A stretch of 46,215 nt of DNA, from NCBI GenBank assembly GCA_050014895.1, contig JBEKCL010000002.1:1-46215 (forward strand), given 5' to 3'. Both the position numbers and the translations under genes were made by a program. Position 1 is the first letter of the stretch. Each line of letters opens with the position of its first letter. The notes under the pieces were generated by a model. The model was not told the DNA's origin. It searched no databases and saw nothing but the letters and a program-made list of their open reading frames with translations. Shown here in pieces: positions 26,784 through 36,176 of this stretch. Origin of the DNA: Dehalococcoidia bacterium (GTDB lineage Bacteria > Chloroflexota > Dehalococcoidia > GIF9 > UBA5629).

Positions 26784-27920
26784 TTAATAGCCCTCAGTCC
26801 GCGCGATGATCTCAAGCATGACCTCATCCGCGCCGCCGCCGATGGACATAATCCGGACGTCCCGGAAATAGCGTGAAATGAGGGTCTCGTTCATGAACCC
26901 TATCCCACCGAACATCTGGAGGCAGCCACTGGCCACTTCAGAAATCAGCTGTCCTGCCAGCAATTTGCCCATGGAGACTTCCCGCGTCGGGTCCAGGCCT
27001 TCCATCTTCATGCGGACAATATGGTAGGTCAGTTGTCTCAGGGCTTCATTCCTGGTAGACCAGTCAGCCAGCCGGTGCCTCAAGACCTGCTTGGTGATCA
27101 GAGGTTTGCCGAATACGATTCGCTGGCGGAGATATTCCACCGTCATGGCAATCATATCCTGTATCGCCGTACAGGAGCCGGGCAGCACTGCGAACCTCTC
27201 GTGCTGGAACTGCTTCATCTGATAGATGAAACCCTGACTGTCGTCGCCGATCAAATTTTCTGCAGGCACCTTGACATCGTCAAAAAAGAGCTCTGCCGTA
27301 TCGCTGCTCCAGAGCCCGACTTTATCGAGCTTCTTACTCACTTGAAAACCTTTGAGATTGGTCGGGACCACAAAGAGCCCGAAGGAGTGATGCCCCTCTC
27401 CCGCATCGGTTCTGGCCAGAAGGGTGAGGAAATCTGCCTGGACCCCGTTGGTGATGAATGTCTTCGATCCATTCAGGAGATAGTAGCCGTCTTTCTTCAC
27501 CGCTTTCGTCTTCATGGCATATACATCGGAGCCTGCATCCGGCTCGGTCACGGCAATGGCAGTGACCATATCGCCGGCTATCGCCGGTTTCAGATAGGTT
27601 TCCTTGAGGTACTCACTGCCGAAGGCCGCTATTGCCGGTGTGGCCATGTTCGTTTGGACGGCGATGGCTGTTGAGACGCCCATGCCTTTGATATGTCCGA
27701 TTTCTTCGAGCAGGATAGTCTCGAACCAGTAATCCAGTCCCCCTCCCCCGTATTTCGGGTCATAACGGATGCCCAGGAATCCGAGGTCTCCCATCTTTTT
27801 AAAAAGCTCGTGAAGGGGAGCTGTTGTCTTTTCCCATTCAGCCATGTGGGGGTTGATCTCTTTATCTACAAACTTCTTGACCGATGCCCTGAAAGCGTCA
27901 TGCGTTTCGTTGAAATACAT
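26784..27920 (-). CDS. Acyl-CoA dehydrogenase, IVD/LCAD-type catalytic-base placement
   Basis: Full ACAD architecture. The C-terminal motif is IGGGADEV instead of IYEGT, and a Glu is present in QFQHERF. Confidence 0.9.
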   Translation of the reverse strand: MYFNETHDAFRASVKKFVDKEINPHMAEWEKTTAPLHELFKKMGDLGFLGIRYDPKYGGGGLDYWFETILLEEIGHIKGMGVSTAIAVQTNMATPAIAAFGSEYLKETYLKPAIAGDMVTAIAVTEPDAGSDVYAMKTKAVKKDGYYLLNGSKTFITNGVQADFLTLLARTDAGEGHHSFGLFVVPTNLKGFQVSKKLDKVGLWSSDTAELFFDDVKVPAENLIGDDSQGFIYQMKQFQHERFAVLPGSCTAIQDMIAMTVEYLRQRIVFGKPLITKQVLRHRLADWSTRNEALRQLTYHIVRMKMEGLDPTREVSMGKLLAGQLISEVASGCLQMFGGIGFMNETLISRYFRDVRIMSIGGGADEVMLEIIARTEGY

Positions 27921-27957
27921 TCCTCATTCTCCTGTTATCTCGATCGGATTCGGTTCA

Positions 27958-29661
27958 TTACATTTTTCTGAGTACCTTTTTATCCACCTTGCCCACAGCG
28001 GTAAGGGGTAGCGAATCTGTAAATACAATCACTTTGGGGATCTTGTATGGTGCAAGGTTCTCCTTACAATGTTCGAGTATCTCCTTTTTTACTTCCTCCT
28101 GCCCTTTCGCCTGAGCATCCTTGGAGAGTTGGATAACTGCTTTGACGATCTGGCTGTCGGGCCGCTCCGGGTTCTTTATCCCTATGATCGCACATAACTC
28201 GACTGCCTTGTGCTCGCTGAGCACTTCTTCCACCTCGCGGGAGAATACCTTGTATCCGCTTACGATGAGCATGTCCTTTGTCCTGTCGGCTATGGAGAAG
28301 TACCCGTCCGCGTCCATGCTTGCCACGTCGCCGGTATAGAGCCATTTTGCACCCTGAAATTCACGCAGGGTATTGGTCGTCTCTTCCGGCTTGTTGTGAT
28401 ACCCTTTCATCACCTGGGGTCCGTGTACGATGATCTCCCCTACTTCACCCATGGCGACCTCTCTCGTTCCTGATTCCACATCAACCAGCTTGATCTGTGT
28501 ACTCTGGAGGGGGATCCCCACGGAGCCGATCTTCTTCTTTCCGTTCAGTGGGTTCATGGTAATGATCGGGCTTGCTTCGGTCATCCCGTATAGTTCCACC
28601 ACTTTTCCCTTGCCGACGATAGCCTCGAGAGCATTGATAGCCTCTTTGGAAAACGGCGATGCGCCGGAAATGCAGGCTTTGCAGGAAGAAAAATCGATCA
28701 TTGAAAACGCCGGATCGTCGATCAGCATCTGGTAGAGGGAAGGGACCATGAGCATCATCATGGGACGATGCGCGGCGATCTCTTTACATATATTTTTCGT
28801 GTTCCTGGGGTCGGGGATCAGGCATTGGGTAAATGCCAATGACATGCAAGTCATGCCGAAATAGAGGCCCGCCATGTGGAAGTAGGGGAAGCCGGAGCAG
28901 ACGGTGCCGCCAGCCATCGAGAGGTCGAGCCACTGCCTTCCCTGAGCGAGGTTGGAAACCATATTCCTGTGGGTGAGTTCCGCCCCCTTGGGCATACCCG
29001 TCGTCCCGCCTGTATATTGAATGAAACAGGTATCATCCGGCTTGATGGACGCCTTGGGAATATCGGGTAATGTGTTTGATAGGGCAGCCTTGAAAGAGGA
29101 CACCTCTTTCCCCTTTATCGTCTCCACCTTTCCGGAGGGGACCTTCTTGGTGAGTTTGCCCAGGATGCGCTTGTATAAGGGGAGATAGTCAGCGATGTTA
29201 GTGGTGATGATACAGGTAACTTTGGGGATATCGTCTTTTATCTTCTGCACCCGGTTTTCGTAGATCGCATCCAGTGTTACCAGTGCTTTGGCGCCTGAAT
29301 CATTCAACTGGTAAGCCATCTCTTTCGGGACAAGAAGCGGAGAAATGCCGGTAACAACGCATCCTGCACGGAGAGCACCTGCCAGTGCGATGACATACTG
29401 AGGAATGTTGGGAAGATCGATGCCCACCACATCTCCCGGATTGCATCCCTGTTTGCGGATGTATGAAGCGAATCTCATGGAAAGCCGGTCCAGTTCTTTA
29501 TATGTGATTTTGATCCCAAGAAAATGGAAGGCCGCTATCTCCGGCCGGAATTTCAGGCCCCTTTCCAGGAGATCCACATATGTCTCATCTACCGCTTTCA
29601 CCTCCGGACTTAACCGTGATTCGTAGAACTTTAACCAGGGCGTTTGATCGTATACTGTCAT
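27958..29661 (-). CDS. AMP-forming acyl-CoA synthetase (fatty-acid--CoA ligase family)
   Basis: AMP-binding signature YTGGTTGMPKGA, and later YGMTE and GDV...DGYF...DR.KD motifs. Confidence 0.9.
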   Translation of the reverse strand: MTVYDQTPWLKFYESRLSPEVKAVDETYVDLLERGLKFRPEIAAFHFLGIKITYKELDRLSMRFASYIRKQGCNPGDVVGIDLPNIPQYVIALAGALRAGCVVTGISPLLVPKEMAYQLNDSGAKALVTLDAIYENRVQKIKDDIPKVTCIITTNIADYLPLYKRILGKLTKKVPSGKVETIKGKEVSSFKAALSNTLPDIPKASIKPDDTCFIQYTGGTTGMPKGAELTHRNMVSNLAQGRQWLDLSMAGGTVCSGFPYFHMAGLYFGMTCMSLAFTQCLIPDPRNTKNICKEIAAHRPMMMLMVPSLYQMLIDDPAFSMIDFSSCKACISGASPFSKEAINALEAIVGKGKVVELYGMTEASPIITMNPLNGKKKIGSVGIPLQSTQIKLVDVESGTREVAMGEVGEIIVHGPQVMKGYHNKPEETTNTLREFQGAKWLYTGDVASMDADGYFSIADRTKDMLIVSGYKVFSREVEEVLSEHKAVELCAIIGIKNPERPDSQIVKAVIQLSKDAQAKGQEEVKKEILEHCKENLAPYKIPKVIVFTDSLPLTAVGKVDKKVLRKM

Positions 29662-29733
29662 CTAACAACCTCCTCTCGCGCCGGGCTGCTTCTTGCCTCC
29701 CGGCGATATTACCTATACAACGAGCCGGAATAA

Positions 29734-31509
29734 TTATGGAACAATGGACTCGGGCGCCTCGATAACCCTTGCACGCAGGTACTCGCCCAGGGTCTTGGCC
29801 TGGGGATCGCTTCTCAGTGATGCAGCCACGCCTTCACCGAGGACACCCCTTATATAGAAGTTGACTGCAAACAGATTGGGAAACTCGTATCGTTCTATTT
29901 CATATCCACTCATGTCCTTGAGAAGTTCCTTCAGTTTTTTGGTGGTCAGGAACTCCCTGAGAAAGGCATATGCTTCGGGCGTTTTTCCCCAGACACCGAG
30001 ATTTGCATTGCCCCCCTTGTCACCGGAGCGGGTAGCAAAGATGCGGCCGAAGGGTATTTTTACCGTCTTTCCGGCCGGCACAGGTGGTATCGTTACTTTC
30101 GGTGCCTCCGGAGGCTTTACCTGAGCCGCGGACGGCACAAAATCGACGGAAAACTCATCGCCGTTCATAATAATTTTCTGGGTGATAAGGCGTGCGGGAA
30201 TGAGCGCGGGCCAATGGATGATCGCCATCGTCCCTTTTGCAGGGGGTGCTGTCAGCGTGAAGCCGGGGATATTTGCCAGCGCTAGCTCGATAATACTCCC
30301 GGAAAACCGGTCAACCTTCTTCTGGTCGCGGTCCATTACGGAAATCCGGAGCTGCGCAAAGGCCTCTTCGTTTATTTCGGGGTTGTCATGGTTTGATCGG
30401 ACAAGCTGTACTTCTTCGACGGCATATTGTCCTCTCCCACCCAGGTTGTCGAAGACTGCATCCTCGACTATCTTGGCCTTTTTTTCGATGTCGAGACCGG
30501 TCAGTACAACGGTCGACGAATTCTTATAGCCGCCCAGACAGTTGATACATACCTTGGTGTTTTCGGGGGCCGGGGCGCCGAGCACACCGGATATCCGGAC
30601 ACGGTCCGGCGATTCCTGGGATATCCTGATTGTATCGAACCGGGCTGCAACATCGGGAGTAAGATAGGTGGGTTCCTTGACCTCATAGAGGAGTTGTGCT
30701 TTTACGGTGCCCACGGAAACAAGACCTCCGGTGCCCGGATGTTTGGTGATGACCGACGAACCGTCAGCGAATATTTCGGCTATGGGATACCCGACCTTGA
30801 GGAATGATGGCACCTCGTCGAAAAAGGAATAATTCCCGCCGGTAGCCTGGGCTGCACACTCAACAATGTGCCCTGCTGCCGCTGCGCCGGCAAGCCTGTC
30901 CCAATCATTGTGCTTCCACCCGAACCACCAGGCCGCAGGCCCCATTAAAAGCGAGGCATCGGCAACGCGGCCGCTCACCACGATGTCGGCGCCTCTTTCC
31001 AGTGCCGCAGCGATGCCCCAGCCGCCGAGATACGCATTTGCAGTGATTGGGACCAACCCCCCATCTTTCAGAGAGATACCTTTGTCAAGGTGAATGAAAG
31101 CCTCTCCTGACGCCTGAAGTTCAGCCAGCCGCCCCATGAGATCATCCCCCTCAATGCAGGCAATCTTGGGATGGAGTCCCAGTTTTTCCGCTATCTTGAG
31201 AAGTTCCTTCGCCAGCCCGCGGGGATTCAATCCGCCGGCATTGGATACCACTTTGATTTTTTTATCGAGGCATTCTCCCATAATCTCTTCCATCTGTTTC
31301 AGGAAGGTTGGGGTATATCCCGCCTCAGGATTTTTCAATTTCAAGCGGAAGAGCAGCGCCATAGTAAGCTCTGCAAGGTAATCGCCCGTAAGGACATCAA
31401 TGGGACCTCCCCGGACCATCTCCGAGGCGGCAGCCAGCCGGTCCCCAAAAAAACCGCTGCAATTTGCAATAATTACTTTATCTTTCCCTTTTCTGTTCTC
31501 AGAACTCAT
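29734..31509 (-). CDS. AtuA-family (acyclic terpene utilisation, DUF1446) protein with C-terminal extension
   Basis: N-terminus IANCSGFFGDRLAAASEMVRGGPIDVLTGDYLAELTMALL is the DUF1446/AtuA signature as I recall it. 591 aa matches the long AtuA form. AAGGGAGA SD lies upstream. Confidence 0.7.
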   Translation of the reverse strand: MSSENRKGKDKVIIANCSGFFGDRLAAASEMVRGGPIDVLTGDYLAELTMALLFRLKLKNPEAGYTPTFLKQMEEIMGECLDKKIKVVSNAGGLNPRGLAKELLKIAEKLGLHPKIACIEGDDLMGRLAELQASGEAFIHLDKGISLKDGGLVPITANAYLGGWGIAAALERGADIVVSGRVADASLLMGPAAWWFGWKHNDWDRLAGAAAAGHIVECAAQATGGNYSFFDEVPSFLKVGYPIAEIFADGSSVITKHPGTGGLVSVGTVKAQLLYEVKEPTYLTPDVAARFDTIRISQESPDRVRISGVLGAPAPENTKVCINCLGGYKNSSTVVLTGLDIEKKAKIVEDAVFDNLGGRGQYAVEEVQLVRSNHDNPEINEEAFAQLRISVMDRDQKKVDRFSGSIIELALANIPGFTLTAPPAKGTMAIIHWPALIPARLITQKIIMNGDEFSVDFVPSAAQVKPPEAPKVTIPPVPAGKTVKIPFGRIFATRSGDKGGNANLGVWGKTPEAYAFLREFLTTKKLKELLKDMSGYEIERYEFPNLFAVNFYIRGVLGEGVAASLRSDPQAKTLGEYLRARVIEAPESIVP

Positions 31510-31604
31510 AACAATTCTCCCTTTCTTTCATAATATGTAATTTATGCGGTTGCTTTAATAAAAATAAATTCGTGTTTTCCCCGGGCATCAAAAAGGGTTT
31601 CCCT

Positions 31605-32375
31605 TTACTTTCCCGTGAAATTGGGCTGCCTCTTTTCGATAAAGGCAGTTATGCCCTCTTTAGCATCTTCCGTACTTGCAACCTCCTTGATCTTTTCCGA
31701 AAGAAAAATAAAGGCCTCCTTCAATGGCATATTCGCCATGGAATAGTATGCCTGTTTCCCCATTCGCATCCCGATGGGGCTTTTCGATGTGAGAATGTCG
31801 AGCACTTTTTTCACTTCTCCATCAAGGTCTCCAGCCGGGACTACGCGGGTAATGAGCCCCATGGCTAGCGCCTCCTGCGCTGTAAGCCTTTCTCCCAGGA
31901 GTATCATCTCCATGGCCTTCTTCTGGAGCACGTTGCGGAATATTAGCGCACCGATCATCATGGGCCACAGGCCGACATTCACTTCCGGCGTTCCGAATTT
32001 TGAGTCGTCGCTGGCAATAACGATATCGCAGGCAAGCATGAACCCCATGCCGCCTGCCAGGCAGAATCCTTTGATCCGGGCAACGGTGGGTTTCGGAAAG
32101 CTCACGATCCGGTTCAAGAGTCCTGCATAGCTGGCAAAGATATCCTTGCCCCCGGTAGTGACTTCTCCACTCAGCTGCGCTCCCGTGCAGAAGGCCTTCT
32201 CCCCCGCACCGGTGATCAGGAGGGCCCGGACCTTTTCGTCCTTTTCCGCCTCATCCAGGTATTCATGGAACAAAGCGATTGCTTCGGGTGTTATAGCATT
32301 TCTCTGCGGTTCCCTGTGGATGGTGATATATCCCACGCCTTCTTCGACGCGGTAGAGCAAGTGGCGGTCTTCCAT
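31605..32375 (-). CDS. Enoyl-CoA hydratase/isomerase (crotonase family)
   Basis: 256 aa with LITGAGEKAFCTGAQL, GFCLAGGMGFMLACD and EA..GL motifs. Confidence 0.9.
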   Translation of the reverse strand: MEDRHLLYRVEEGVGYITIHREPQRNAITPEAIALFHEYLDEAEKDEKVRALLITGAGEKAFCTGAQLSGEVTTGGKDIFASYAGLLNRIVSFPKPTVARIKGFCLAGGMGFMLACDIVIASDDSKFGTPEVNVGLWPMMIGALIFRNVLQKKAMEMILLGERLTAQEALAMGLITRVVPAGDLDGEVKKVLDILTSKSPIGMRMGKQAYYSMANMPLKEAFIFLSEKIKEVASTEDAKEGITAFIEKRQPNFTGK

Positions 32376-32406
32376 TTATTCCCTCCTCATATAGTCTTAC
32401 CGGCTA

Positions 32407-32943
32407 TCAGCCGGATGGCGATGCATCTTTTGTTGAGACTTCGTCCTTGTCGATATCAATCAGGATCTGACCGGGCATCACCTTGTCTCCCTGGGCAACA
32501 TTCACCGTTCTCACCTTCCCACCAAAGGGAGCGGTCAGCGTCGTTTCCATCTTCATTGACTCGACGACGATCACACTTTCACCCTGTCTCACACTGTCTC
32601 CCTTGGAAACCAGTATCCTGACCACCACCGCAGGCATGGGCGGTGTGATGTCCTGCGGAACGGCCTGAGATCTCTTCTTCCCCCTGGCCCGGGTATCTAG
32701 GATATCAGCATCACTAATTGAATAGGGGATTCCCCTGATCATCATTGTCTTGGCGTTTCCATCCTGGGCAAGATATACGTTCACCGGAGAACCGTTCACG
32801 AGGAGGTGCAGGTGATGCCTTGAGATAACGGTATACTCAATGTTGAGAGTACTGTTTTCGTTAGAGAGTGTAATGCTGTGGTCTCCCTTCTTTTCAGCAT
32901 GGAAGGGGATCGCATTTTCACCTATTTTGAGCCGGTAGTCCAT
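32407..32943 (-). CDS. Biotin carboxyl carrier protein (stand-alone, with N-terminal extension resembling the BT/linker part of MCC/GCC alpha subunits)
   Basis: Biotinyl-lysine motif VVESMKMETTL about 35 aa from the C-terminus, and a PAVV hinge. Confidence 0.8.
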   Translation of the reverse strand: MDYRLKIGENAIPFHAEKKGDHSITLSNENSTLNIEYTVISRHHLHLLVNGSPVNVYLAQDGNAKTMMIRGIPYSISDADILDTRARGKKRSQAVPQDITPPMPAVVVRILVSKGDSVRQGESVIVVESMKMETTLTAPFGGKVRTVNVAQGDKVMPGQILIDIDKDEVSTKDASPSG

Positions 32944-32961
32944 ATATTTATCCTCTCAGCC

Positions 32962-34449
32962 TTAACGACCCCAGGGTCCCAGCACCTGCCATGGCGACGA
33001 GTCGACGCGCTCCTGTCCTCCATCGGCCCTGGCCGTCCTGACACGAGTCAGTTCATCAATGATAAATGCAGCGCAGGCAGCATCCGCATCAGACCGGTTC
33101 GGCTTCCAGTCAGAGAAATAGGTGTCGATGAAATCGGTGAACGTATCTCCTCTTGCAAATGCCTCGGATTTGAGGACATCGATGAGGAACGGTACGGGTG
33201 TTTTCACCCCGAGAATAACATAGTCCTCAAGCGCCTGTACCATTCTCATAATCGCCTGGTTCCTGTCTTCTGCGTGTGCTATCAGTTTTGACAGGATGGG
33301 GTCATATTCCACCGGTACCTGAAAGCCTGAATAGATGCCGCAATCATTCCGGATTCCCGGCCCTGAAGGCTCCTGCATGTAGATGATCTTCCCTGGGGAT
33401 GGATAGAATCCCTTTTCAGGGTCTTCCGCGTAAATCCGGCATTCGATGGCATGTCCCCTGCTTCTAACATTTTCCTGAACGAGTGGCAAAGGATTGCCTG
33501 AGGCGACCTCCATCTGGATCCGCACGATATCGAGGCCGGTGATCATTTCCGTGATGGGGTGTTCCACCTGGAGGCGGGTGTTGACTTCGAGAAAATAGAA
33601 TTTTCCCTCCTGGTCAACCAGGAATTCCACCGTTCCTGCGTTCACATATCCGGATGCCTTCGCTACGGCAACCGCGGCAGCCCCCATGCGCTTCCTCAGT
33701 TCTGGCGTCATGATGGGCGAGGGCGTCTCCTCGATGATCTTCTGATGACGTCTCTGGATGGAGCATTCCCTTTCAAAAAGGTGGACCACATGGCCGTGTG
33801 TGTCTGCGACAATCTGGAACTCCACGTGCCGGGGCCGGGAAAGATACTTTTCCAGGTAGATGGACCCATCGCTGAATGCCCTCTTTGCCTCGCTCGATGC
33901 CGAGACGCAGGCCTCGTGAAAATCTTTCGGCGAAGTGACGACGCGCATACCCTTTCCTCCGCCTCCTGCAGCGGCCTTGATGAGAACAGGGTATCCGATG
34001 CCCGCTGCCTCCCGGTCAAGTATACCGGGGTCCGATTCCGGCCGGCTCATGCCCGGGATGACAGGTACGCCGCTTCCTGCGACGGTCCGGCGTGCAACCG
34101 TCTTGTCTCCCAGCTCACGGATGACGCGTGAAGGAGGGCCGATGAAGACCAGCCCCTCCTTTTCGCAGCGCTCTGCAAATAGAGGGTTTTCCGCAAGGAA
34201 ACCGTAGCCCGGATGTATGGCCTCAGCCCCGGTCTGTTTCGCCGCTGCTATGATCCTGTCAATGTTGAGGTAACTTTCCGCTGGATCTGAATCACCCAGG
34301 AAGACGGCCTGGTCGGCTTTCAGAACATGCACGGCCTTCCGGTCCGCCTCGGAATACACGGCTACCGTGGCGATTCCCATCTCCCGGCAGGTATTCATGA
34401 CGCGCCGGGCGATTTCTCCCCGGTTTGCCACAAGTATTTTCCTGAATAT
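32962..34449 (-). CDS. Biotin carboxylase subunit (ATP-grasp)
   Basis: ANRGEIARRVM..., GYGFLAEN, KAAAGGGGKGMR glycine loop, EVNTRLQVEHP. The end coordinate assumes initiation at ATA 34449 (see findings). The canonical-codon alternative is GTG 34431. Confidence 0.9.
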   Translation of the reverse strand: MFRKILVANRGEIARRVMNTCREMGIATVAVYSEADRKAVHVLKADQAVFLGDSDPAESYLNIDRIIAAAKQTGAEAIHPGYGFLAENPLFAERCEKEGLVFIGPPSRVIRELGDKTVARRTVAGSGVPVIPGMSRPESDPGILDREAAGIGYPVLIKAAAGGGGKGMRVVTSPKDFHEACVSASSEAKRAFSDGSIYLEKYLSRPRHVEFQIVADTHGHVVHLFERECSIQRRHQKIIEETPSPIMTPELRKRMGAAAVAVAKASGYVNAGTVEFLVDQEGKFYFLEVNTRLQVEHPITEMITGLDIVRIQMEVASGNPLPLVQENVRSRGHAIECRIYAEDPEKGFYPSPGKIIYMQEPSGPGIRNDCGIYSGFQVPVEYDPILSKLIAHAEDRNQAIMRMVQALEDYVILGVKTPVPFLIDVLKSEAFARGDTFTDFIDTYFSDWKPNRSDADAACAAFIIDELTRVRTARADGGQERVDSSPWQVLGPWGR

Positions 34450-34486
34450 AGCAGAGCCTCCTCTGTGAAACTATCCCTTTATCTCA

Positions 34487-36103
34487 TTACATACGGAATA
34501 TGCCGTAGCCGAATACGTCGTCGGGGATGGGAGCATTAAGGGAGGCAGATATGGCAAGTCCAAGGGCATCCCGTGTATCCACGGGGTCGAGGATGCCGTC
34601 GTCCCATAGCTGCGACGTGCTGTACAGGGCATTGCTTTCCTTCCTTGACGCCTCGATGATAGGATTGCGGATCGCGTCCTCTTCCTCCTTAGTCATGGGG
34701 GGAAGCCCCTCCTTCGCCAGCTGGTCTTTGCGCAGTGTCACCAGGACCCCGGAGGCCTGTTCGCCCCCCATCACGGCGATCTCTGCATTGGGATACATCC
34801 AGAGAAATCGTGGATTATAGGCGCGGCCGCACATTGCGTAATTCCCCGCTCCGAAGGATGCGCCGACTATGACGGTGAACTTGGGTACTGTTGCGCAGGC
34901 CTGGGCCATGACCATCTTATGCCCGTGCTTGGTGATACCAAGGCGCTCATATTCTCTGCCGATCATGAATCCGCTGATATTCTGAAGAAAGATGAGGGGT
35001 ATCTTACGCTTGTCGCAGATCTGTATAAACTGCGCTGCCTTCATTGCGCTGTCGGGAAAGAGCACACCGTTGTTGCCAAGTATGCCGACGGGGTATCCGT
35101 GGATGTATGCCCAGCCGCAGACCAGCGTCGGGCCGAAGAGTTCCTTGAATTCCAGGAATTCGCTTCCATCGACAATCCGGGCAATCAGCTCGCGCACGTC
35201 GTAAGGTACCTTGAACTCCTTGCTGACTATGCCGTATATCTCTTTAGGATCGTACAGGGGCGGTTTCGGCTCGTGCATCGGCAGGCGCGTCTTTTCCCTT
35301 GCAGGCATACATTCCATGATATTGCGGACGATTTCAATGGCGTGCGCATCGCTCTCAGCGTAATAGTCTGAGACTCCCGATTCCCTGCAGTGCAGGTCCA
35401 CACCCCCCAGCTGCTCAGCGGTCACCTCTTCTCCCGTTGCGGCCTTGACGAGGGGCGGGCCGCCCAGGAAGATTGCCCCTATCCCTTTAACGTGAATGGT
35501 CTCATCTGACATGGCAGGGACGTACGCTCCGCCTGCGGTGCATAGCCCCATGACAGCCGTGATCTGAGGGACCCCCATCTTTGACATGATCGACTGGTTA
35601 TAGAAAATCCTTCCCCCATCGTCGATATCGGGGAACACCTCGGATTGCATCGGTAGGTATCCTCCGGCCGAATCGATCAGGGTGATAATCGGCATACGGT
35701 TTTGCATGGCCATCGTCTGCACCCGCAGTGTCTTCTTCATGGTCATAGGGTAGGTGGCCCCACCCTTTATGGTGGCATCGTTGCCGCTTATGAACACTTC
35801 CTTCCCGCAGACAACCCCTACACCGCACACCAGGCCACCCCCATGGATCATACCGTCATACATGCCGCGTCCAACCAGGGGTGCTATCTCCAGAAAAGGC
35901 GTATTGCGGTCTAAAAGGCGCTCCAGTTTTTCACGGATAGGCATTTTTCCCTGGGACGCAATGCGGTCTTTGGCTTTCTGCGGGCGGTCATCCCGCGCTA
36001 TCCGCAATTCCTCCTTCAGCTCTGTGACCAGGGCTTCCATGGAATCGCGGTTCCTGCGGTATTCATCCGATGTGGTATCGATTTTTGTTTCGATCACATC
36101 CAT
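34487..36103 (-). CDS. Acyl-CoA carboxylase carboxyltransferase (beta) subunit, methylcrotonyl-/geranyl-CoA carboxylase type
   Basis: 538 aa with duplicated crotonase-like carboxyltransferase domains (GGATYPMT..., GGAYVPAMSD..., FGAGNYAMCGRAY). Confidence 0.9.
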   Translation of the reverse strand: MDVIETKIDTTSDEYRRNRDSMEALVTELKEELRIARDDRPQKAKDRIASQGKMPIREKLERLLDRNTPFLEIAPLVGRGMYDGMIHGGGLVCGVGVVCGKEVFISGNDATIKGGATYPMTMKKTLRVQTMAMQNRMPIITLIDSAGGYLPMQSEVFPDIDDGGRIFYNQSIMSKMGVPQITAVMGLCTAGGAYVPAMSDETIHVKGIGAIFLGGPPLVKAATGEEVTAEQLGGVDLHCRESGVSDYYAESDAHAIEIVRNIMECMPAREKTRLPMHEPKPPLYDPKEIYGIVSKEFKVPYDVRELIARIVDGSEFLEFKELFGPTLVCGWAYIHGYPVGILGNNGVLFPDSAMKAAQFIQICDKRKIPLIFLQNISGFMIGREYERLGITKHGHKMVMAQACATVPKFTVIVGASFGAGNYAMCGRAYNPRFLWMYPNAEIAVMGGEQASGVLVTLRKDQLAKEGLPPMTKEEEDAIRNPIIEASRKESNALYSTSQLWDDGILDPVDTRDALGLAISASLNAPIPDDVFGYGIFRM

Positions 36104-36160
36104 GCCCTTTCATCCTCCCGTGGCAAGATTCAGGTAAATAGACAGGAATAAAATAAAGTG

Positions 36161-36175
36161 TTGAATCTGATTCAA
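36161..36175. promoter_or_regulatory. Perfect 15-bp palindrome TTGAATCTGATTCAA (7-1-7); candidate TetR operator overlapping the transcription start
   Basis: Read directly from the sequence. It begins 2 nt downstream of the -10 hexamer above. Confidence 0.45.
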
Positions 36176-36176
36176 A

